Virus record (IMG/VR): IMGVR_UViG_2654587792_000026
Coordinates: 1 to 5,282 of that record
Reading direction: 5' to 3' (one strand)
Source: a virus
Lineage: Duplodnaviria; Heunggongvirae; Uroviricota; Caudoviricetes
DNA length: 5,282 nt
The translations under genes and the position numbers were made by a program. Below, in pieces: positions 1 to 5,282 of this stretch. Position 1 is the first letter of the stretch. Every line of letters starts with the position of its first letter. The notes beneath the pieces are model-generated. The model saw nothing but the letters and a program-made list of their open reading frames with translations. It made no database searches and had not been told where the DNA came from.

Positions 1-42
1 GCATGACAAAGTCATCGGGCATTATCTGAACATAAAACACTA

Positions 43-120
43 TCAATAAGTTGGAGTCATTACCAACTCATACTGCTCCGGTGTTTTAGCATTACCAGCT
101 TTTATGTTCTTTAAGTGCAT
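43..120 (-). pseudogene. Start of a tail-fibre assembly (Tfa/U-type) gene, apparently truncated after ~25 codons
   Basis: ATG at 120-118 lies 4 nt downstream of the fibre cassette stop (127-125). Manual translation gives MHLKNIKAGNAKTPEQYELVMTPTY followed by TGA at 45-43. From memory, an MHLKNI...EQY start is the conserved N-terminus of Mu U / e14 TfaE-type assembly proteins, which are far longer than 25 aa. A shifted frame is open from ~67 to the window start, so a frameshift or continuation off-window cannot be excluded. Confidence 0.35.
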
Positions 121-124
121 CACA

Positions 125-1312
125 TTAAACGCTCGCTACATTATACCAGGTGCCATTTATATACTTTTGAACAGGTCTGTAATAAACGCCAGCTATATTA
201 TCGGCAGAGTTGGACCCTGTATCCTGAACATTAATACCAGACAATACATGACCTGACGGGCACTGGAAATTCCATGTTTGCCAGTTGTTCACACCATGAT
301 ATTGCTGTGAACCAAGACGAACATCTTTCACATAGCGGGAATCAAAATTCCCCCAGTTGCTGGGTTGTATCTGACCGTTAACAGCAAATATCACCGAGTT
401 ATCTGTATTTCGCTGACTATAGAAATGCCAGCCTGAATCATCACCAAGCTCTGCAACAGTTGGTCTTGACGAATTTCCCCACAAGCTAAATGATGCATTA
501 CGGGCAGCGGTATTTGCACTTGAAAGTGTGAAGAACTTACTTTCCCCAGCCTGAATACCCTTTAATGATCTTGCTGAACCATTTATAAAGCGGAATACAT
601 GCACACCATTAGCATAAGCATCCAGCACCCCATCACCATTTTGTTTAAACCCGGTATCGTTATCTCCTAAAACAATCGAGTTACCGCCAAGAGCACTGGA
701 TGTTCCGATGCCCAGTGCACCATTCAATTGACCGCCAGATAATGACAACGCCCCAACCTCAGCAGCAGTCGGTTTAATGTGCGAACTGTAAATTACATAT
801 ACAGTTCCATCTGTCAGACCTGTTGGTTTATTCGCTGTATAAGATGGTGATGTATGAATCGTTACGCTGGCGTTACTGGTATAATCCCACTGAATATTAA
901 CACCTGTGGCGTAATTACCTATTTCAACATAAACATCATAGGTATCACCGGATGTATTCACCCATGCAAAATTAGTAAATCCAACCGATGTCCGTCGCCA
1001 TAATGCACCAGTAATGCCTTTTGGATTCCCATTTCCTGCACGCAGAACCAGCTCAGAGATGCCTGCTTGATGCGAGGAGCCAACGTTATACCCTGCGCCA
1101 CCAATCAGGCTTATGTAAACCACGGAACTGGCTTGTGGCATTGTTACAGTTGCCAGTTTGAACCATCCAGCACCACCACTAAAAGACATGGTTGTTGAAT
1201 TTGTTGTGCCGATATTACGCAGGAATAGTTTTTTATCGGGAATATCTGCGCCGTTCTGGTTTTTCTGTAATGCACCAGAAGCCTGATTTACCGTTTCCTG
1301 TAAACCGAGGTT
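125..1312 (-). CDS. Tail-fibre variable C-terminal cassette, promoterless and in the silent orientation of an invertible segment
   Basis: The ORF track gives 125..1189, but the same frame stays open upstream to a TAA at 1315-1313 inside the crossover site, adding NLGLQETVNQASGALQKNQNGADIPDKKLFLRNIGTTNSTT before the first Met. The product is Gly/Ser/Asn/Thr-rich with a ...NWGNFDSRYV... motif near the C-terminus, typical of fibre distal receptor-binding domains. It is divergent from the invertase gene and starts within the recombination site, as Sv' does in the Mu G segment. The ATG at 1189 is therefore probably internal. Confidence 0.75.
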   Translation of the reverse strand, partial: NLGLQETVNQASGALQKNQNGADIPDKKLFLRNIGTTNSTTMSFSGGAGWFKLATVTMPQASSVVYISLIGGAGYNVGSSHQAGISELVLRAGNGNPKGITGALWRRTSVGFTNFAWVNTSGDTYDVYVEIGNYATGVNIQWDYTSNASVTIHTSPSYTANKPTGLTDGTVYVIYSSHIKPTAAEVGALSLSGGQLNGALGIGTSSALGGNSIVLGDNDTGFKQNGDGVLDAYANGVHVFRFINGSARSLKGIQAGESKFFTLSSANTAARNASFSLWGNSSRPTVAELGDDSGWHFYSQRNTDNSVIFAVNGQIQPSNWGNFDSRYVKDVRLGSQQYHGVNNWQTWNFQCPSGHVLSGINVQDTGSNSADNIAGVYYRPVQKYINGTWYNVASV

Positions 1313-1320
1313 TTAGATAA
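1295..1320. other. 26-bp gix/pix/cix-type crossover site for the DNA invertase
   Basis: TTCCTGTAAACC-GA-GGTTTTAGATAA: two 12-bp imperfect inverted half-sites around a central GA. It matches my recollection of Mu gixL (TTCCTGTAAACCGAGGTTTTGGATAA) at 25 of 26 positions and lies ~55 bp upstream of the invertase start. The inner half encodes the LGLQE junction peptide of the fibre cassette. Confidence 0.8.
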
Positions 1321-1374
1321 TGGCGGTTTCTGGCCTGCATGGCATGATTTGTGCTTTTGGACGGGAGATTCAGC

Positions 1375-1965
1375 GTGCTGATTGGCTATGTAAGGGTATC
1401 AACAAATGACCAGAATACAGACCTGCAACGAAACGCTCTTGTTTGTGCAGGATGTGAACAAATATTTGAAGATAAATTAAGCGGGACAAAGACTGACCGA
1501 CCGGGATTAAAACGCGCTTTAAAGCGCCTTCAACAAGGTGACACGCTGGTTGTCTGGAAACTGGATCGCCTCGGGCGAAGCATGAAACATCTGATTTCTC
1601 TCGTCGGGGAACTACGGGAGCGAGGGATTAATTTTCGTAGTCTGACCGACAGCATAGATACATCTTCTCCAATGGGGCGTTTTTTCTTCCACGTGATGGG
1701 TGCCCTGGCTGAAATGGAACGTGAATTAATTGTTGAACGTACACTGGCCGGACTGGCGGCAGCGCGCGCACGGGGGCGCACAGGCGGACGTCGACCGAAG
1801 CTGACAAAAGAACAGCATGAGCAAATAGCAAGGCTGATTAAAAACGGTCACGACAGAAAACAACTGGCAATAATTTACAGCATTGGTATATCGACAATTT
1901 ATCGTTACCACCCCGCAGGAGAATCAAGTGGAACAATTGAGAAGAGTAAACAAAATAACCGCTAA
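1375..1965 (+). CDS. Site-specific DNA invertase, serine recombinase of the Gin/Pin/Cin/Hin family
   Basis: Translation from GTG 1375 gives MLIGYVRVSTNDQNTDLQRNAL..., the canonical family N-terminus with the catalytic Ser at codon 9 (1399-1401). Conserved blocks GDTLVVWKLDRLGRS, SLTDSIDTSSPMGRFFFHVMGALAEMERELIVERT and a C-terminal HTH region (GRRPKLTKEQ...IIYSIGISTIYRY) are present. GGGAG at 1363-1367 is a plausible RBS 7 nt upstream of GTG 1375. The ORF-track start at 1351 (also GTG) would add 8 non-conserved residues and is less likely. Confidence 0.9.
   Translation: MLIGYVRVSTNDQNTDLQRNALVCAGCEQIFEDKLSGTKTDRPGLKRALKRLQQGDTLVVWKLDRLGRSMKHLISLVGELRERGINFRSLTDSIDTSSPMGRFFFHVMGALAEMERELIVERTLAGLAAARARGRTGGRRPKLTKEQHEQIARLIKNGHDRKQLAIIYSIGISTIYRYHPAGESSGTIEKSKQNNR
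1465..1530. promoter_or_regulatory. Candidate Fis-dependent recombinational enhancer inside the 5' part of the invertase gene
   Basis: In Hin/Gin/Cin systems the enhancer lies within the first ~100-170 bp of the invertase coding sequence. This interval holds an AT-rich G...C 15-mer (GAAGATAAATTAAGC, 1468-1482) and a perfect 14-bp palindrome (GCGCTTTAAAGCGC, 1514-1527) whose centres are ~46 bp apart. This is an inference from position and sequence form only. Confidence 0.3.
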
Positions 1966-1990
1966 TCTGGCCATTAGCGGTTTTTGTGTT
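1957..1990. terminator. Bidirectional rho-independent terminator between the convergent invertase and gpU genes
   Basis: Perfect 10-bp stem AACCGCTAAT (1957-1966) / ATTAGCGGTT (1973-1982) with a 6-nt loop CTGGCC. It is followed on the plus strand by TTTGTGTT and on the minus strand by ATTTTGTTT. It overlaps the invertase stop (1963-1965) and lies 11 nt downstream of the gpU stop (1996-1994). Confidence 0.6.
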
Positions 1991-1993
1991 AAA

Positions 1994-2488
1994 TCAGAAC
2001 AGCCCTTTAACGGAGCTGGCCGCGCTGTTAAGGGATGATGTGACCTTATCTTTGAAGCCGGACAGCATATCGCTGAACGATGAGGATTGCAGGCGCTCCC
2101 GCAAATCCTCATCACAGCGTTCAAGGGTCAGTGAAAACTCTATCTTTTTCGCCTTGCCGTAGCGATCAAACTCGGAACGGGTCGTATTCGTTTCAGTCAG
2201 TACATACATGCCGTAAATCTGCCCGACACCATCAATCAGAGGCCAGGGGCGTCCTGTATATGCCTGCGTGGTCAGCAACGAAAGCGACACTTCGCCACCT
2301 GTAATTTCAGGATAAAGCACGCCGGAAAGCACGATGCGATCATCACCTGCGCCGATATACTGCCAGCTTGCTGAACGGTTAACGCGTTCATTTTTCACAT
2401 GCCGCCAGCTTTTGTTTTGCTGTAACTGCTGATGCGGCAACGTGCGCAGCTCAAAAACAAACATGCCATAGATCATCATCATGGCCAT
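1994..2488 (-). CDS. P2 gpU-family phage tail protein
   Basis: The 164-aa product carries blocks recalled from the P2 gpU family: FVFELRT, SWRHV, IVLSGVLYPEITGG, GRPWPLIDGVGQIYGMYV and KKIEFSLTLER. It sits immediately 3' of the tape-measure gene with a 6-nt gap, the T-U order of P2-type operons. GAGGAG (revcomp of 2491-2496) overlaps the tape-measure stop; spacing suggests the true start may be the third Met (2482) rather than 2488. Confidence 0.85.
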   Translation of the reverse strand: MAMMMIYGMFVFELRTLPHQQLQQNKSWRHVKNERVNRSASWQYIGAGDDRIVLSGVLYPEITGGEVSLSLLTTQAYTGRPWPLIDGVGQIYGMYVLTETNTTRSEFDRYGKAKKIEFSLTLERCDEDLRERLQSSSFSDMLSGFKDKVTSSLNSAASSVKGLF

Positions 2489-2494
2489 GACTCC

Positions 2495-5282
2495 TCAATC
2501 TTTATCGTAAAAACTGCCACGCCCGGCACGGGCGCGCCGTTCCATTTCTGCCCTGACCATTTCGCCAACCAGTTTCGCCAGTTCGCGGGGATTCTGTGTA
2601 ACAACGTTATGCAGATGAACATGAATTTCACCGCCAAATCCGGAGGCAACAGGCTCCCGGTTACGGGAAGTTGCAGGAACTGATGCCACTGGCGATCGTA
2701 TAGCCTCCGCCACCGGGCGGGAGCTGGCCGCAACAACAGGGACCAGCGCCGGAGGCAGCGGAGCCGGAACCACGGGTGTGATAGTAATTGCGGGGGCAGG
2801 CTTACTGACCTGCGCAATCTTCCGCTCCTGCCACTCCCCACGAACAGCAAGTGCGCGGGGCAGGTTCTTAAAGACAATATCGCCGGGGCCAATGCGTTTT
2901 TTCGTCTCATCAACCAGCTTACCTGTGTTATCAGCAATTTTGCTGAGTCTGCGTAGCGTACCGGTATTGTTGTCTGTGAGCGGTTTGTTGTCTCTGGGTT
3001 TATCGCCTTTTTTGTCGTCGACCTTATCTGACGGGGCCGGGCCGGGAGTCCATGGTTTCTGAACCATTTTCTTGAGAACCGGATCCCATTCCCACATTAC
3101 AGGAGCCTTTGAAGCGTTCTCTATTTTCTTTCTCGCCCGTTCCGCTTCATCCGGAAGCACTCCGAGCTTTTCAAGTATCCACGCCAGTGAATCCATCAAT
3201 GCTTTTGTTGGCGTCAGGACAAGCTCTATCGCTCCACCGAGTACCCTGCCGAATACCTCGCCAGCACTGGTACATTTATCCAGCGTTTCCTTGCTGGACT
3301 CCATCGGTGACAGCAGCGATTTAAACCAGTTAAAGACCTGAATAATCCCATCGCGCACGACATCAAAAACTGGACCGAACCGTTCAAAGGTTTCGCGCAA
3401 CGGAGCCAGCCGTTCCATAATCCCACTGAACACCCCTGCATAAAACGCCTTGATGGGTTCCCAGTATTTCCAGATGAGAACCGCCGCAGCCACAAACGCA
3501 GCAGCAATCAATCCGACCGGGCTGAACAGCGCCCCGATAGCGCCCCCCAGTAACGAAACGGAACCCGTCACCATTCCCCATAGTGCTGGCAGGAGCCTGA
3601 CAGCATTCATTGATCCGGTCAGGAGGGAAAAGCCAAGACGCAGTTTTGCCAGCGGGCCAGCAAGCACACCAATAGCCAACGACAACGAGCCGACCGTTGC
3701 AGTCATCGCCAGCAATGCCCCACCTGCAATCAGTAGCTGGCGCGTCAGTGCCGGATGGGCCTGCGCCAGCGCCGTCACCTTTGATACCACCCGCGTGAGC
3801 CACTGCGTGACAGAACGCAGCGGACCGTCAATCAGATCTGCAATGCGGATGCGCAACCCTTCCCATGCACTGCCGAGTGATTTCAGATCGCCGTCAAGGT
3901 TGTTGGCCATAACCTTTGCCGTGCGTTCAGCCTCACCGCGTGCGCCTTCAAGTTCTTTTCTCAGTTTAGGTAAGGATCCGTCACCTGCCGCATCAACGAG
4001 GGCCATAAATGATGTGAAAGCCTCTTCTCCGGCAATGTCCTTAAAGAACGATACCCGATCAACTTCTCCGTATTTGCGGGTGGCTTTATAAAGGTCAGTC
4101 AGCAGATCTTCCATCGGGCGCATTTTGCCCCCGGCATCCGAGACAGACACGCCCAGCTCTTTCAGCGCCTCTGCTGCCGCCTTTGGCGGTGATGCCAGAC
4201 GAGCCAGGCTGGCACGCATTGCCGTCCCGGCATCACTTCCCCTGATACCCATATTCGCCAGCACGCCCGCCATCGCTGCGGCCTGCTCCAGCGATATTCC
4301 CAGCTTACCCGCCACCGGACCTGCATATTTCATGGTTTCGCCCAGTGCGCGAAGGTCAGTGTTGGTACGGGTAAACGCTGCAGTGAGTGTGTCACCGACC
4401 CGGTCCATCTGGTCAGCAGAAAGGCCGAACTGCGTCAGGATATTTGAGCCAATATCCGCCGTCTCGCCGAGATCCATACCGCCAGCCGTTGCCATGCTCA
4501 ACACGCCGGGAAGCGCAGCCTGAATGGCCTGCGGTGTGAAGCCAGCCATTGCAAGAAATGCCTGCCCACTGGCGGCATCGCCTGCGGTGAACTGCGTTTC
4601 AGAGCCAAGTTTTAACGCCTGCTCACGCAGCGCCTTAAACTGCGGGCTGTTCTGGTCGATTCGCGTCAGCGCCTGAACGCGGGACATCTCTTTCCCGAAC
4701 CCGATCGCAGGCTGCAAAAAACGCCCGGCAGCATAGCCGCCCGCCGCTGCCGCACCTGTTGCCAGTGCACCACCTGTTTTCAGTTTTCCCGCGGTTTCCT
4801 GCGCGCGCGAATACCGCTCACGCGCCCGCGTTACACGCGCAAGCGCCTGCCGTTCGCGTTCAAGCTGGTTGTTGTACTGTTCGGTGCGTCTGATGGCCTG
4901 TTGAATGGTGTTATCGCTGCCTGTCAGGGAAATGCCGTGGCGTTTCAGCTCTCCGCCAAGCTCCCGCATTTTCTGAATCTCCCGTGTGCGCGATTCATTC
5001 AGGCGTTCAAGCCGGGTGCTTAACTGCTGCATCAGCTTTTGTTGTTTTTCGCTGAGCACTGTACCCGTGTGTTGTAACTGATTAAGGGCGTTAAGCTGGC
5101 GTCGCGCTTTCAATATGCCAGCATCCGCTTTACTGACAGCGTCACGGGCGCGCTCAAATGAACGCGCCTGACGCTCGAGATTTTTGATCGCCCCCTGCGT
5201 TCGCTGGATGGAGTCACCAAACTGCCCCATCAGGCGGCGGGCGTTTTCGGCAGGCCGGGTCAGCCTGTCAACGGCGCTGAAA
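2495..5282 (-). CDS. Phage tail tape-measure protein (length-determining), 5' end outside the window
   Basis: More than 911 codons; the frame remains open from the ATG at 5230 to the window edge at 5282, so the N-terminus is probably off-window. It has a charged Gln/Arg/Glu-rich helical N-terminal region, an Ala/Gly-rich tract, a core with ...YAGPVAGKLGISLEQAAAMAGVLANMGIRGSDAGTAMRASLARL..., a ~100-residue hydrophobic stretch (~3461-3754) and a Pro-rich C-terminal region (~2642-2800). All are typical of tape-measure proteins. Confidence 0.85.
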   Translation of the reverse strand, partial: FSAVDRLTRPAENARRLMGQFGDSIQRTQGAIKNLERQARSFERARDAVSKADAGILKARRQLNALNQLQHTGTVLSEKQQKLMQQLSTRLERLNESRTREIQKMRELGGELKRHGISLTGSDNTIQQAIRRTEQYNNQLERERQALARVTRARERYSRAQETAGKLKTGGALATGAAAAGGYAAGRFLQPAIGFGKEMSRVQALTRIDQNSPQFKALREQALKLGSETQFTAGDAASGQAFLAMAGFTPQAIQAALPGVLSMATAGGMDLGETADIGSNILTQFGLSADQMDRVGDTLTAAFTRTNTDLRALGETMKYAGPVAGKLGISLEQAAAMAGVLANMGIRGSDAGTAMRASLARLASPPKAAAEALKELGVSVSDAGGKMRPMEDLLTDLYKATRKYGEVDRVSFFKDIAGEEAFTSFMALVDAAGDGSLPKLRKELEGARGEAERTAKVMANNLDGDLKSLGSAWEGLRIRIADLIDGPLRSVTQWLTRVVSKVTALAQAHPALTRQLLIAGGALLAMTATVGSLSLAIGVLAGPLAKLRLGFSLLTGSMNAVRLLPALWGMVTGSVSLLGGAIGALFSPVGLIAAAFVAAAVLIWKYWEPIKAFYAGVFSGIMERLAPLRETFERFGPVFDVVRDGIIQVFNWFKSLLSPMESSKETLDKCTSAGEVFGRVLGGAIELVLTPTKALMDSLAWILEKLGVLPDEAERARKKIENASKAPVMWEWDPVLKKMVQKPWTPGPAPSDKVDDKKGDKPRDNKPLTDNNTGTLRRLSKIADNTGKLVDETKKRIGPGDIVFKNLPRALAVRGEWQERKIAQVSKPAPAITITPVVPAPLPPALVPVVAASSRPVAEAIRSPVASVPATSRNREPVASGFGGEIHVHLHNVVTQNPRELAKLVGEMVRAEMERRARAGRGSFYDKD

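Noticed and set aside
68-93. Possible second gix-like site (CCG-GTGTTTTAG) inside the Tfa-like ORF
   Set aside because: Only the central GTTTTAG core and an adjacent CCG match; the outer positions of both half-sites do not, so it is probably a chance resemblance.
1189-1189. ATG at 1189 as the true start of the fibre protein (ORF-track call 125..1189)
   Set aside because: The frame is open for 41 further codons upstream to the crossover site and encodes a junction peptide (NLGLQE...); the gene is more likely a fusion cassette than a standalone ORF.
1287-1321. Invertase promoter overlapping the crossover site (GATAAT at 1316-1321 as a -10)
   Set aside because: No convincing -35 element at correct spacing could be found by eye, so it is not called as a feature.
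1351-1374. GTG at 1351 as the invertase start (ORF-track call)
   Set aside because: The family N-terminus MLIGYVRVS begins at GTG 1375, which has a GGGAG RBS 7 nt upstream; the extra 8 residues are not conserved.
1530-1911. Three minus-strand ORFs (1530..1781, 1628..1831, 1726..1911) antisense to the invertase
   Set aside because: They overlap a well-supported conserved gene on the other strand, are short, and have low-complexity Arg/Ser/Pro- or Cys-rich translations typical of antisense frames.
1924-2683. ORFs 1924..2124 (-), 2080..2304 (+) and 2432..2683 (+) overlapping the gpU gene and tape-measure 3' end
   Set aside because: Out-of-frame or antisense to the confident gpU and tape-measure genes, with no recognisable motifs.
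2479-4523. ORFs 2479..2937 (-), 2778..3062 (+), 3072..3341 (+), 3109..3324 (+), 3226..3507 (-), 3384..3803 (-), 3450..4091 (+), 4125..4523 (+) inside the tape-measure gene
   Set aside because: All lie within the tape-measure CDS in alternative frames or antisense. Their Ala/Arg/Ser/Pro-rich translations are what GC-rich coding DNA gives in wrong frames.

Overview
The window spans a junction between two phage-derived modules of different type. Positions 1994-5282 (minus strand) carry the 3' ~2.8 kb of a tail tape-measure gene (5' end beyond the window) followed by a P2 gpU-family tail gene, i.e. the distal part of a P2-type contractile-tail operon. Positions 1-1965 carry a Mu/P1/e14-type DNA-inversion switch: a Gin/Pin/Cin/Hin-family serine invertase (plus strand, 1375-1965), a 26-bp gix-like crossover site (1295-1320) directly upstream of it, and a promoterless tail-fibre C-terminal cassette on the minus strand (125-1312) that begins inside the crossover site, followed by the start of a tail-fibre-assembly-like gene that is cut short by a stop after about 25 codons. 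The invertase and the gpU gene converge on a shared hairpin terminator, and no gpD/hub-type gene follows gpU. No rRNA, tRNA or CRISPR array was seen. All family assignments rest on reading the translated ORFs and on recalled family sequences; no database search was possible.
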